A stretch of 64,000 bases of DNA from Acidimicrobiales bacterium. GTDB lineage: Bacteria; Actinomycetota; Acidimicrobiia; Acidimicrobiales; Bog-793. The notes below the pieces were generated by a model. The model saw nothing but the letters and a program-made list of their open reading frames with translations. It was not told where the DNA came from and did no database searches. Location: NCBI GenBank assembly GCA_052146895.1, contig JBKQLZ010000006.1, positions 8,507 to 72,506 on the forward strand, written 5' to 3'. Positions 44,397 through 54,255 of this stretch are shown here, one piece after another. How positions within the stretch are numbered: the first letter of the stretch is position 1; each line of letters opens with the position of its first letter. The position numbers were made by a program, and so were the translations under genes.

Positions 44397-46840
44397 TCGG
44401 CTCGCGCGTCGAGGCGGTCCTTGCCGAGCTCGACCTGGATGAGAAGATCCGGCTTCTCGCGGGGCGCGACTACTGGCACACGTACGAGATCGAGCGAGTC
44501 GGGCTCGAGTCCGTGCAGGTCTCAGACGGCCCGGTCGGGGTGAGGGGCGAGCGGACCGTCGGCACCGTCTCGATCTCGTTCCCCTGCGGTACCGCGATCG
44601 GAGCTACGTTCGACCCGGATGCGGCAGCTGACCTCGCGGACGCGCTCGCGGACGAGTGCTTCGACAAGGGCGCGCGAGTCCTTCTCGGCCCGACGATCAA
44701 CCTGCAACGGCACCCGCTCGGTGGCCGGCACTTCGAGTGCTATGCCGAGGACCCGATCCTCACGGCCGACCTTGCCGTCGCGTACGTGAAGGCACTGCAG
44801 TCACGGGGTGTCGCGGCGACGATCAAGCACTTCATCGCGAACGACTCGGAATTCGAGCGGCACACGATCAGCTCCGAAGTGGACGACCACGTGCTGCGAA
44901 CGCTCTACCTCGTGCCCTTCGAGGAGGCGGTCATCGAAGGTGGCGCCTGGGCGGTCATGTCCTCCTACAACCGGATCAACGGCACGTACGCCGCCGAGCA
45001 CGAGCCGCTGCTGCAAGGGGTGCTCCGGGACGAATGGTCCTTCGACGGCTTGGTGATGTCGGACTGGTTCGGCACACAGAGCACCGTGCCCTCTGCGCTC
45101 GCCGGCCTCAACCTCGAGATGCCCGGGCCGGCAATGCACTACGGCAAACGGCTCGCGGAAGCCGTTGCAGCTGGGGAGATCCCCGAGGCAGTCATAACCG
45201 AGAGAGCGCGGCGGGTCATCCAGCTCGCTGAGCGCACCGGTGCCCTCGGCTCTTCGGGCCGGACGGGCCGAGAACCGCGCCGCACGTTGGCAGAGCGCCG
45301 GGAGCTATCCCGCGAGCTGGCCACGCGCTCTTTCGTTCTCCTTCGCAACGAAGTTCCCGCCGGCACAGGCGGGGCGGCGCTGCCCCTCGACCTGCCCTCC
45401 GGCGCGGTGCTTGCCGTGATCGGCCCCAACGCCGCCATCACTGCGTCACAGGGCGGCGGAAGTGCACGCGTCAGCCCGGAGCACATCGTGTCGGTGCTCG
45501 ACGGATTGCGGGCGGCCTACTCGCCCCTCGGCGTCGAGGTGGCCCACGAGATCGGCTGCGTGACGTGGGCCGAGACACCCGACCTCGATGTTCCCGCACG
45601 CCTCGAGTACTTCGCTCTCGCAACTGATGGACCGCCCGGCGCGAGCTTCGAAGGACCCGTCCTCTACGACGAGTGGACCCCTCGCCCGCCGTTGCTGTGG
45701 CTCGGGCCACCGTTGCCACAGGTTCCCGAGCTCGGCTTCGGCGCGTTCGCCGTCCGGTGCTCCTCCGAGTTCACTCCCGAGCACACGGGAAGCTACGAGT
45801 TCTCGCTCGCCCAAGCCGGTACGGCCCGCTTGCTCATCGACGGCGAGTTGGTGGTGGAGGGGTCGGTCGAGAGGGGGAAGCGTTTCTTCGGGTTTGCTTC
45901 CGCCGAAGCCACCGGGTTCGTCGACCTCATCAGCGGCGAGAGCTGCGAGGTGCGCGTCGAGTACGAGGTGACTCCCGGGTCGCCCGTGGCGGGCGTCTTC
46001 ATCGGGGTCCGGCCCCCGCTGCCCGAAGCCGATGAGTTGATCGCGCGGGCGGTTGCCCTTGCCGAGCGGGCGGATGCCGTCGTGTGCGTGGTCGGGACGA
46101 CGCCTGAGTGGGAGACCGAGGGCCACGACCGCGAAGCGATGGACCTGCCGGGACGCCAGGACGACCTGGTGGCCGCGGTCTCCGAGGCCAACCCGAGGAC
46201 GATCGTGCTCGTGAACGCCGGTTCGCCGGTCACCATGGACTGGGCTCTTCTCCCCGCCGCGATACTGCAGATCTGGTTCGGTGGCGAGGCCGTCGGCACC
46301 GCGGTCGCTGACGTCCTGCTCGGCGCGAAGGAGCCGGGCGGGCGGCTGTCGCACACGGTGCCGGTGCATATCGAAGACTGCCCGGCGTTCCCGTACTACC
46401 CAGGCGCCGACGGCAAGGTGAGCTACGGCGAGGGTCTGCTCATCGGTCACCGTCACTACGCGACGACCGGGACCGTGCCCCGCTACTGGTTCGGCCACGG
46501 CCTCGGGTACACGAGCTTCGGTCTAGGGCACCCGGCGGTCGAGAGGCACCAAACTGGCGCTCGGGTCTCGGCGACCATCACCAACGAGGGCGCTCGCAAG
46601 GGCGCCGCCACACTTCAGGCATATGTGGCTCCCGTCGACCGGGCCGAGGGCGAGCCGGCTCTTCAGTATGTCGGTTCGTCCCGGCACGAGCTCGACGCCG
46701 GCGGGTCGGTGGGCGCTGTCATCGAGATATCGAGGCGGCGGCTCGGGCGGCTACACCCTGGCCGCTACCGGCTGCTGGTCGGTTGGAGCGCTGACCCCGC
46801 CACCCACGAGCTCGCAGGCGAGCTCAGGATCGAGGGGTGA
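44393..46840 (+). CDS. Glycoside hydrolase family 3 beta-glucosidase (with inserted PA14-like domain)
   Basis: GRDYWHT, KHFIANDSEFER, nucleophile motif GLVMSDWFG, C-terminal FGHGLGYT. ATG 44393 overlaps the PHP stop (ATGA). Confidence 0.9.
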   Translation: MIGSRVEAVLAELDLDEKIRLLAGRDYWHTYEIERVGLESVQVSDGPVGVRGERTVGTVSISFPCGTAIGATFDPDAAADLADALADECFDKGARVLLGPTINLQRHPLGGRHFECYAEDPILTADLAVAYVKALQSRGVAATIKHFIANDSEFERHTISSEVDDHVLRTLYLVPFEEAVIEGGAWAVMSSYNRINGTYAAEHEPLLQGVLRDEWSFDGLVMSDWFGTQSTVPSALAGLNLEMPGPAMHYGKRLAEAVAAGEIPEAVITERARRVIQLAERTGALGSSGRTGREPRRTLAERRELSRELATRSFVLLRNEVPAGTGGAALPLDLPSGAVLAVIGPNAAITASQGGGSARVSPEHIVSVLDGLRAAYSPLGVEVAHEIGCVTWAETPDLDVPARLEYFALATDGPPGASFEGPVLYDEWTPRPPLLWLGPPLPQVPELGFGAFAVRCSSEFTPEHTGSYEFSLAQAGTARLLIDGELVVEGSVERGKRFFGFASAEATGFVDLISGESCEVRVEYEVTPGSPVAGVFIGVRPPLPEADELIARAVALAERADAVVCVVGTTPEWETEGHDREAMDLPGRQDDLVAAVSEANPRTIVLVNAGSPVTMDWALLPAAILQIWFGGEAVGTAVADVLLGAKEPGGRLSHTVPVHIEDCPAFPYYPGADGKVSYGEGLLIGHRHYATTGTVPRYWFGHGLGYTSFGLGHPAVERHQTGARVSATITNEGARKGAATLQAYVAPVDRAEGEPALQYVGSSRHELDAGGSVGAVIEISRRRLGRLHPGRYRLLVGWSADPATHELAGELRIEG

Positions 46841-47267
46841 GGTCGAGATCGCGCGGCGGGTCCTGCGGAACCGTCCAGACGAGGAAGCCTTTGTCGAACT
46901 CTTCGTGGTACCTGTTCGTGGCCTCGACGACCGTCTCGAAGACGGCGTCGAAACGGTCCCAGTCCTCAGCCTCGACGACGCTTCGCAAGCTCGCCATCTC
47001 CTCGTCGATGAAGCGCAGCATCGAGGCGGTGTACTTCGGCCGGACGATCACCGCGCCCTTCATGATCTTGGTCGCCTCGGAGAGCTGATACCGGGCGAGC
47101 GGGCGGTTGCGCGCCTTGCCTGCGTGGTAGCACTTCCACATCCGGTCGGAGACCTCGACCATGAGGCGAGCCATTCCCGGCTGGATCCCCGCAAGCTCGT
47201 CGAGGGTGAGCTCCGCCTTCCCGTTGTCGACGATGTGGGTGTGATCGCTTGCCGGCTCTGTTGCCAT
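46824..47267 (-). CDS. Hypothetical protein
   Basis: 147-aa C-terminal part of a 324-aa ORF has normal protein composition. The upstream part is Arg/Gly filler. Converges on and overlaps the GH3 3' end by 17 nt. Confidence 0.5.
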   Translation of the reverse strand: MATEPASDHTHIVDNGKAELTLDELAGIQPGMARLMVEVSDRMWKCYHAGKARNRPLARYQLSEATKIMKGAVIVRPKYTASMLRFIDEEMASLRSVVEAEDWDRFDAVFETVVEATNRYHEEFDKGFLVWTVPQDPPRDLDLTPRS

Positions 47268-47296
47268 GGGCGAAAAGCTATCGAAGCGCGGCGGGC

Positions 47297-48523
47297 TCAC
47301 CCGCACCCGACGAGAGGAGCGAGCACGAGGAGCACTGCGAGCGCGGCGACTGCTGCGGGCATCACGACTCGCAGTCCCATGCGGAAGAACACCCCGGCTC
47401 TCACTGGGGCTCCGAGGCGGCGCATCGAGTCGACCCACAGGAGAGTCGAGAGTGAGCCCGTGATGAGCAGGCCGGGGCCGGCGTTGACGCCCAGGAGGAT
47501 TGGCCACAGCTGACACGATGCCCTGCCACCTGCGCCCGCGGCGGAAGGCAGCGCCACGAGCAGCGCTGGCAGGTTGTTCACGACGTTGGCACCGCCCGCG
47601 CTCGCAGCAGCCGCCCGCATCATGGCAAGCGGGCCGGAGCCGCCGAGGAGCGCGCTCAGGTCGACGCCCTCGACTGCGGCCGTGGCCAGCACGCCCAGTC
47701 CGGCGGCCACGAGCGCCGTCTCCCATGGGACGGATCGGAACGGGACGCTCCTCGAGGCGGCAACAAGGATGACGTCTGCACCAAGCGCCACCTCCCAAGC
47801 CCGCACGCCGATCGCAGGGCCCGCCAAGAAACCGGCGAGGACCAACGCGACCACGACCGACCCACCTAGGAGGACGCGACCGTCGCGGGCGGTCTTCCGG
47901 TCAGGCGGGGTCTCTGGTTCCTCGGCAGCCGGCAGGTCGCCCGCCGTTCGGGTCGCCGGCCGGTAGCACGAGTACCCGACTGCGCACGCGACCACAGCGG
48001 GGGCGCCGAGGTGCTCGAACCACTCGAGCGGGCCGATCCCGAACCTGGCGGTCGCGATCAGGTTGGTGAGGTTCGACACGGGCAAGAAGGACGACGCCAG
48101 CAAGGCGAGCACTACCGGTTGGAAGCAGACGAACCGACGAGGGAGCCCGTGGCGCGTCGCGATCCTGAAATAGAGCGGCGTGAGCAGCACGACGGCTGCG
48201 TCCAGATTCAAGACCGCAACCGTCCCCGTGCCTAGGAGCCACAGCCCGGGGATCAGCCAACGGCCGTTCCCGAAGCTATCGGCAAGCTGTTCGAAGTAAC
48301 CGAGGCGGTCGAGCAGCACCGCGAGCGGGATGGCGGTCAGCAAGAAGGCAAGCGGATCGAGGAGCGGGCTCACGGCGTGTCCTGTCTCGTGCCACGAGAC
48401 CAGTCCCGACACAACGGCAATGGCGACGCAGGCGACGGGCGCCGCAAAGGCGGGGATCCGTCTCGGTCTGAGCGTGGCGCCCGCGACTGCGACTAGGAGC
48501 AGAGCCAGCCGGGCGACCGTCAC
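47297..48523 (-). CDS. ArsB/NhaD-superfamily ion transporter permease
   Basis: About 11 TM segments, LNLDAAVVLLTPLY-type motif. GTG 48523 overlaps the stop of the upstream GNAT gene (GTGA). Confidence 0.7.
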   Translation of the reverse strand: MTVARLALLLVAVAGATLRPRRIPAFAAPVACVAIAVVSGLVSWHETGHAVSPLLDPLAFLLTAIPLAVLLDRLGYFEQLADSFGNGRWLIPGLWLLGTGTVAVLNLDAAVVLLTPLYFRIATRHGLPRRFVCFQPVVLALLASSFLPVSNLTNLIATARFGIGPLEWFEHLGAPAVVACAVGYSCYRPATRTAGDLPAAEEPETPPDRKTARDGRVLLGGSVVVALVLAGFLAGPAIGVRAWEVALGADVILVAASRSVPFRSVPWETALVAAGLGVLATAAVEGVDLSALLGGSGPLAMMRAAAASAGGANVVNNLPALLVALPSAAGAGGRASCQLWPILLGVNAGPGLLITGSLSTLLWVDSMRRLGAPVRAGVFFRMGLRVVMPAAVAALAVLLVLAPLVGCG

Positions 48524-48972
48524 GCGCCGTGAGGGCCCGGGAGCCAGCGATAGGTGACCCAGCCATCGACCGGTCGAGCACCGAGAGAGTCGTAAAAGCC
48601 AGCTGCGTCCGTGTTCCAAGTGAGAACGTTCCACTCGACTCGCCCACTCGTCAGCCCCCGGAGCGCGTCGAGCAACGCTCGGCCGTACCCGGCGCCGCGA
48701 TGATCCGGCCGCACGAAGAGATCCTCGAGCCACAGCCCCGACGTACCAAGGAACGTCGAGAAACTCTCGAAGTACAACGCGAACCCCGCCACCTCACCAT
48801 CGTCGGTCTCGGCGAGCAGAACGCTCGGCACTGCGCCGTCCCCGAAGAGTGCCTCCTGCAGCCCCGCTTCTTCCCAGACCACCTCGTGCGCAAGGTGCTC
48901 GTACTCGGCCAGCTCGCGAATCAGGCTCGCGACGACATGGGCGTCGGCGGGCTCTGCTCGGCGTATCGGCAT
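48520..48972 (-). CDS. GNAT-family N-acetyltransferase
   Basis: IRRAEPADA, LEDLFVRPDHRGAGYGRALL, FYDSLGA. Confidence 0.85.
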   Translation of the reverse strand: MPIRRAEPADAHVVASLIRELAEYEHLAHEVVWEEAGLQEALFGDGAVPSVLLAETDDGEVAGFALYFESFSTFLGTSGLWLEDLFVRPDHRGAGYGRALLDALRGLTSGRVEWNVLTWNTDAAGFYDSLGARPVDGWVTYRWLPGPHGA

Positions 48973-49049
48973 GGAGCAAGACTAGGAACAGCGGCGAGAC
49001 TCGCGCTACGCGTTGACTGCTCTGCGGGCGGTTGCTAGACACCCTTGTC

Positions 49050-52000
49050 ATGAAGCTCTCTCGAGTAATAGCCGGTGCCCTACCGCTGTTCGCCATCTTG
49101 CCAGCGAGCGCTGCGCTCGCGGCTTCCGCGAGCACCTACGGGAACCGCCTCGCAGAGATCGCCGCTCGACCGAGCTTGCCTGCGCACACCGTCATGATCG
49201 GGAACGTCCGGACGTCGATGGAGATCTCCGGCGCGCTCGGCCTTCGCTCGCGAGATCAAACGGGCCTCGCCCGCTTCCTAGCCGAGGTGACGGACCGGAC
49301 CTCGCCGGAGTTCCACCAGTACCTGACGAGGAGCGAGTTCGCGAACCGCTTCGGCGCCTCGGAATCAGCTGTCAGCGCAGTGACACGAGTGCTTCGGTCC
49401 GACGGGTTGCACCCGGCCGTGTCGTCGAACAGGATCCTCGTCACCTTCCATGGGGACGCCGCGAACATCGAGAGGGCGTTTCGGACGGGGTTGGCTGATT
49501 TTCGTTTCTCCAATGGGCGCACCGGTTGGGGCACGACGTCAGCGGCTCGCTTGCCTGCGGGGATCGCCCGCAGCGTGTCGGGTGTCGTAGGGCTCGATGA
49601 CCTCGTGCACATGTCGAGCGGCATCGAGAAGGCGCCCCGCGTGGCGCGTGGGGCCGTAAAGGCGTCAGCGCTCCCGAAAGCTTCTCCCGGAGCGCCGTCG
49701 GCGTGCGGCAGCGCCAACGCGCAGGCGGACTACGGCGGCGTGACCGCTGATCAGCTCGCGCACGCTTATGGCGTGGACGGGCTCTACGCGACCGGTGACC
49801 TCGGCGGGGGCCAGACAGTCGACATCTTCGAGCTCGAGCCCTTCTTGATGAGCGACATAGCCGCCTACGACAAGTGCTACTTCGGGACGAGCGAGACCAA
49901 CAGCACCCACGTCTCGGTCACCGAGGTCGACGGGGGCGCCGGTACAGGTCCGGGCTTTGGCGAGGCGGCACTTGACGTCGAGGACGTGTCGACGATCGCG
50001 CCAGACGCCGAGATACACGTGTACGAAGGCCCGAACACGACGTTCGGTTCGCTGGACGCCTACAACGCCATCGCGACCGCGGACAACGCCCGCGTCGTCA
50101 GCACGAGCTGGGGCCTGTGCGAGTCGGCGTTCCAGTCGGGCTCCCCCGGGACTCAGGAAGTGGAGAGCGAGATATTCGCCGAGACCGCGGCGCAGGGTCA
50201 GTCCGTCTTCGCCGCCGCCGGCGACGACGGCTCCGACGACTGTGCCAACCAGGCGCCTACGCCTGTCGCCAACGAGCTCTCGGCAGATGACCCAGGCACC
50301 CAGCCCTACGTCACCTCGGTCGGTGGCACCACCTTCACCGACATCACCGAGCCCCCCACAGAGCAGGTCTGGAACGACGGCAACGACTGGGGCGCAGGTG
50401 GCGGCGGCATCTCCGACACCTGGGCCGAGCCGTCCTGGCAGGCCGAGGCCACAGTGGCTGGGATCGCGAACGGTGCGGGGACCGGTGAGCAGCCGTGCTC
50501 TGACGACCCGAGCGGCGTGGGCACGGCCTACAACCTGGCAGGTGTCGACACGACGTTGCCATCCGGCACCCCGTGCCGGATGGTTCCCGACGTGACGGCG
50601 CTGGCGGACGAGTTCACCGGGATCACGTCGTACTGGGACGGCGAGATGAGCACGGTCGGTGGGACGTCGTCGTCGACGCCCCTGTGGGCTGCGATGACAG
50701 CCGACATGGATGCTTCGTCGTTTTGCGATGGGACGACGTTGGGTTTCGTGAGCCCGTTGCTGTACGACGTCGCTTCTTCCAGCACGTCTGACTACGCGCA
50801 CGCCTTCAACGACATCACTGTCGGCAACAACGACAGCCTCGGTGTGGGCGACGGGACCGACTTCCCGGCTGGGACCGGGTATGACCTCGCCTCAGGGCTG
50901 GGCTCGCCGAAGATCACCAACCCCGACGGTGACCCCGGCTTGGCGCAACAGGCGTGTGCGATGGTGCAGGACTCGAGCAACCCGCCGATCGTCTCTACTG
51001 TCTCCCCCTCCTCAGGGACGAACCAGGGCGGCACGAGCGTGACGATCACAGGCAACAACTTCGGCACAGCAGCTGGTGGCGTCTATGTCGGGACTCAGGC
51101 GGCGACGGTGGTCAGCTGGTCGTCGACCTCGATCTCGATCGTCACGCCGACCTACAACGCCCCACAGGGGACGGTGCTGCCGGCAGGAGGCACCGCACCC
51201 GTGACCGTCGTGACGACAGACCCCGAACGATCGAGCTCACTCAACCCCACGAACAGCGTCTTCCACTATCTCGGTTATGCCGGCGGGACCACGCCGGTGG
51301 TCGACTACGTCGGCCCGACCGCGGGTAACGCCGCTGGTGGGTACGCAGTGGACATCGTCGGCTCAGGCTTCACAGGCGCCACGAGGGTCACCTTCGGCGG
51401 CGTGGAGGCCACGAGCCAGATCGACGTGAACGACAGCAACATCACCGCGACCGTCCCGGCTGAGACCGGGGCAACGGCGTGCGCGTTCCCGAGCAACAGC
51501 TCGGTCTGCCAAGTCGAGGTGCGGGTGACCACTCCTGCCGGTACCTCGGCCGAGGACACGATCCTTCCCTCTTACTCGGGCGCGATCGAATTCGAGCCGG
51601 ACGAGGTCATCTACTACACACCGGGCACTGAGGTCGTCGCTGCTGCGTCCGAGTTCGACTACGCCCCGACTCCCGACGTGACCTCGGTCACACCCAAGTA
51701 CGGTGCCGAAGAGGGTGGATCGACCGAGGACATCCACGGGACGGGATTCAACGTCCTCACGTACTTCTGGACGGATTTCGGGCCGGTCGGTCCGCAGTCG
51801 AGTCAGGACTTCTTCAACCTGTCGATCACGCCGACCGACCTGTTCATCGTCAACAGCGGTGACGAGTTCCTCTCGGGACCGACGACAGAGCCCCTGGCTC
51901 AAGCGGTCACCATCGTCACCGCCGGAGGCCCTTACCTCGTCCCGAGCGACTTGTTCGCCCTGGCGGGACGGCCGACTGTGACAAGCCTTTCCACCCATGT

Positions 52001-52850
52001 CGGGACGACCGAAGGAGGCGGCACCCTCACGCTCGCGGGCCACGGTTTCATGGCAGTCGAAGACGTCGTATTCGTCGACGACAACTCGGGATTCGGAGCG
52101 ACCGAATCGACCGCCTTCCTAACCCAGACCGACACCACGTTGAAGATCGTGCTCCCAGGCAACCTGCCGGGGGCCACGAACTTGGTCGCCTGCACCGAGA
52201 CGGGATGTAGCAGCGAGAACTCGAGCCTGGACTCGTTCGTCTTCGGCTATCCCGGTGCTCCCGTGATCTCGAAGATCTCCCCACCGTCCGGTCCAGCCGC
52301 TGGAAGCGCGTCGCTCAAGGACGGCGTCGAAATCTCCGGCACTTTGCTCGATTCTCCGGTCGCCGTGAAGTTCGGCAACACGGAAGCCACCGTCTTCGAG
52401 AACACGGGCGCCGTACCCGGAGGTGGGAACGCGTACGAGATCCTCGTCGAGGCCCCGCCGGGCAAGGCGGGCACGACGGTGACGGTCGCAGTCGAGACTG
52501 CCGGCGGAGAGGCCACCGGTCACGGGTTCAGCAACACGAAGAGCTACACCTACAAGAAGAGCGCTCCTAGCGCTCCGACGTCGGTGACAGCGAAGGGTGG
52601 GAAGAAGGCGATCAGCTCGTCTTGGACGACGCCTTCATCGAACGGCGGCTCGCCGATCACCGGCTACAAGGTCGAGCTGCTCTTGAAGGGCGACTTCCGC
52701 AAGCCCGCTCAGAAAGTGACGGTCTCGGCGTCCACTCACTCCTACGCCTTCACGGCGGTGGCGCCGGGGAAGTACACGGTCGCCGTGGCTGCCGTGAGCG
52801 CTCTCGGGACCGGCTACTTCGCAAGCTCGGCAGTGGTCGCAGCTACTTGA
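49050..52850 (+). CDS. Secreted sedolisin (peptidase S53) with pro-domain, five IPT/TIG-like repeats and a C-terminal fibronectin type III domain
   Basis: Signal peptide MKLSRVIAGALPLFAILPASAALAASA. S53 motifs GEAALDVEDV, STSWG, GGTSSSTPLWA. Repeats begin PIVSTVSPSSG, PVVDYVGPTAG, PDVTSVTPKYG, PTVTSLSTHVG, PVISKISPPSG. FN3: SAPTSVTAKGG...GGSPITGYKV. Confidence 0.85.
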   Translation: MKLSRVIAGALPLFAILPASAALAASASTYGNRLAEIAARPSLPAHTVMIGNVRTSMEISGALGLRSRDQTGLARFLAEVTDRTSPEFHQYLTRSEFANRFGASESAVSAVTRVLRSDGLHPAVSSNRILVTFHGDAANIERAFRTGLADFRFSNGRTGWGTTSAARLPAGIARSVSGVVGLDDLVHMSSGIEKAPRVARGAVKASALPKASPGAPSACGSANAQADYGGVTADQLAHAYGVDGLYATGDLGGGQTVDIFELEPFLMSDIAAYDKCYFGTSETNSTHVSVTEVDGGAGTGPGFGEAALDVEDVSTIAPDAEIHVYEGPNTTFGSLDAYNAIATADNARVVSTSWGLCESAFQSGSPGTQEVESEIFAETAAQGQSVFAAAGDDGSDDCANQAPTPVANELSADDPGTQPYVTSVGGTTFTDITEPPTEQVWNDGNDWGAGGGGISDTWAEPSWQAEATVAGIANGAGTGEQPCSDDPSGVGTAYNLAGVDTTLPSGTPCRMVPDVTALADEFTGITSYWDGEMSTVGGTSSSTPLWAAMTADMDASSFCDGTTLGFVSPLLYDVASSSTSDYAHAFNDITVGNNDSLGVGDGTDFPAGTGYDLASGLGSPKITNPDGDPGLAQQACAMVQDSSNPPIVSTVSPSSGTNQGGTSVTITGNNFGTAAGGVYVGTQAATVVSWSSTSISIVTPTYNAPQGTVLPAGGTAPVTVVTTDPERSSSLNPTNSVFHYLGYAGGTTPVVDYVGPTAGNAAGGYAVDIVGSGFTGATRVTFGGVEATSQIDVNDSNITATVPAETGATACAFPSNSSVCQVEVRVTTPAGTSAEDTILPSYSGAIEFEPDEVIYYTPGTEVVAAASEFDYAPTPDVTSVTPKYGAEEGGSTEDIHGTGFNVLTYFWTDFGPVGPQSSQDFFNLSITPTDLFIVNSGDEFLSGPTTEPLAQAVTIVTAGGPYLVPSDLFALAGRPTVTSLSTHVGTTEGGGTLTLAGHGFMAVEDVVFVDDNSGFGATESTAFLTQTDTTLKIVLPGNLPGATNLVACTETGCSSENSSLDSFVFGYPGAPVISKISPPSGPAAGSASLKDGVEISGTLLDSPVAVKFGNTEATVFENTGAVPGGGNAYEILVEAPPGKAGTTVTVAVETAGGEATGHGFSNTKSYTYKKSAPSAPTSVTAKGGKKAISSSWTTPSSNGGSPITGYKVELLLKGDFRKPAQKVTVSASTHSYAFTAVAPGKYTVAVAAVSALGTGYFASSAVVAAT

Positions 52851-52864
52851 AGCGGTCGCGCTCT

Positions 52865-52883
52865 GCCCGGCTCAACACCGGGC
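52865..52883 (+). terminator. Short GC hairpin after the S53 gene
   Basis: gcccgg-ctcaaca-ccgggc lies 15 nt after the stop. Weak (6-bp stem, no T-tract). Confidence 0.3.
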
Positions 52884-53073
52884 TCTGGCGCGGCGAGGTA
52901 CGCTTGCGCCCGTGGTTGACCGACTGACTCAGCGATTTGCATGCCTCCCGGCCCATCCTTGGCTGCCGGGGGACGCTTCGACGCAGTAAGTCGGCGACTC
53001 CGCTCAGGCGAGCTCTCGGGCCGGGAGGGTTTCCCCCACCCAAGTCCAGCCCACCTGAGAGCAAGGAGTCACC

Positions 53074-54255
53074 ATGTCTGTTTCACCGTCTGTTTCACCG
53101 TCATACCTCACGCCTGACCAGCTGCGGCGTGACCAGGCAATTCGCGACCTGTCAGATCCGGCCCATGGCGCCCACGCGCTCCAGCTGCTCGTCGAGAGCG
53201 CCGTGGAGCGGCTCGTGAACGCCTGGAACTGCCAAGTCCGCTGGTGCCGCGGGCCCCGGGTGGTGCCCGTGGCGGACAACTACGACCGGCTGGGTTTCGC
53301 AGCTGACGCGATAAGTCGCGAGACCCGTTACACGCGCTACGTCGACCCGGGTCACGTGCTGCGTAGCCACTCGAGTGCGATGGTCCCTCGAGCGCTGCGC
53401 GAGCTCGCCGCCTCGCCCTTCGACGACGTCCTGCTCACCTGCCCTGGCATCGTCTTCCGCCGGGACGCCATCGGCTGGCAGCACACCGGCACGCCGCAGC
53501 AGCTCGACCTCTGGCGGATCACCCGGGAGCCGATGGGGGACGGTGACATGGACGACATGATCTCGTCTCTTCTCCAAGTGCTCGCTCCGGGCCGCGTTCA
53601 TCGAGAGGAGGCACGGGTGCATCCGTACACCCTCAACGGTCGCCAGATCGACGTCTTGTGGGACGACCGCTGGGTGGAGGTGTGGGAATGCGGAATTGCA
53701 CACCCAGCCGTCCTCGAAGCCGCCGGCCTCGCGGGTTGGCACGGGCTCGCCCTCGGGATGGGCCTCGATCGGCTCCTAATGCTGACCAAGGGCATTCCCG
53801 ACATCCGGCTCCTCCGCTCGACCGACCCGCGAGTGAGCCGTCAGATGCTCGATCTCTCCCCGTACCGACCGGTGTCCTCGATGCCGCCGGTCAAGCGTGA
53901 CCTGTCCATCGCCGTCGCTGCGGACGAGGACGAGGAGACCCTTGGTGACCGAGTCCGCGACGCGCTCGGCGACGATGCCTCCAGCGTCGAAGAGGTAGCT
54001 GTCCTCTCAGCCACGCCGTACTGCGATCTGGCTCAGCCGGCACGCGCGCGCCTCGGGGCGCTCCCCGGGCAGAAGAACGTTCTTGTCCGGGTGGTGCTGC
54101 GTGCTCTGACCGATACGCTCACCGACGGTCGGGCAAACGAACTGAGAGACCGTGTCTACGCGGCGCTACATCAAGGCGCGGCTTTCCAGTGGGCCGTCAC
54201 CCACGCAGCGACCGAGCCTCACTCAGCCGGCCGGGAACCTAGCCTTGAGCTGTGA
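53074..54255 (+). CDS. PheS-like class II aminoacyl-tRNA-synthetase core fused to an FDX-ACB (ferredoxin-fold anticodon-binding) domain; paralogue of unknown function
   Basis: Motif 2-like CPGIVFRRDAIGWQHTGTPQQLDLW and motif 3-like GLALGMGLDRLLMLTKGIPDIRLLRS. The C-terminus (PVSSMPPVKRDLSIAV...VLVRVVLRAL) resembles an FDX-ACB fold. No PheS N-terminal coiled coil and no pheT nearby. Strong RBS aaggag. Confidence 0.75.
   Translation: MSVSPSVSPSYLTPDQLRRDQAIRDLSDPAHGAHALQLLVESAVERLVNAWNCQVRWCRGPRVVPVADNYDRLGFAADAISRETRYTRYVDPGHVLRSHSSAMVPRALRELAASPFDDVLLTCPGIVFRRDAIGWQHTGTPQQLDLWRITREPMGDGDMDDMISSLLQVLAPGRVHREEARVHPYTLNGRQIDVLWDDRWVEVWECGIAHPAVLEAAGLAGWHGLALGMGLDRLLMLTKGIPDIRLLRSTDPRVSRQMLDLSPYRPVSSMPPVKRDLSIAVAADEDEETLGDRVRDALGDDASSVEEVAVLSATPYCDLAQPARARLGALPGQKNVLVRVVLRALTDTLTDGRANELRDRVYAALHQGAAFQWAVTHAATEPHSAGREPSLEL

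Noticed and set aside
45446-46498. 350-aa ORF on the minus strand
   Set aside because: It is antisense to the GH3 beta-glucosidase.
47268-47798. N-terminal extension of the 46824-47267 ORF (324-aa version)
   Set aside because: The extension is Arg/Gly/Pro-rich filler that lies in an alternate frame of the ArsB/NhaD permease gene on the same strand. A plausible protein begins at MATEPASD.
49665-50801. 378-aa ORF on the minus strand
   Set aside because: It is antisense to the S53 catalytic domain, which has all the sedolisin motifs.
52937-53218. 93-aa ORF upstream of and overlapping the PheS-like gene, considered as a possible precursor peptide
   Set aside because: It is an alternate frame that runs into the PheS-like CDS, it has no RBS, and its composition is Arg/Ser/Pro filler.
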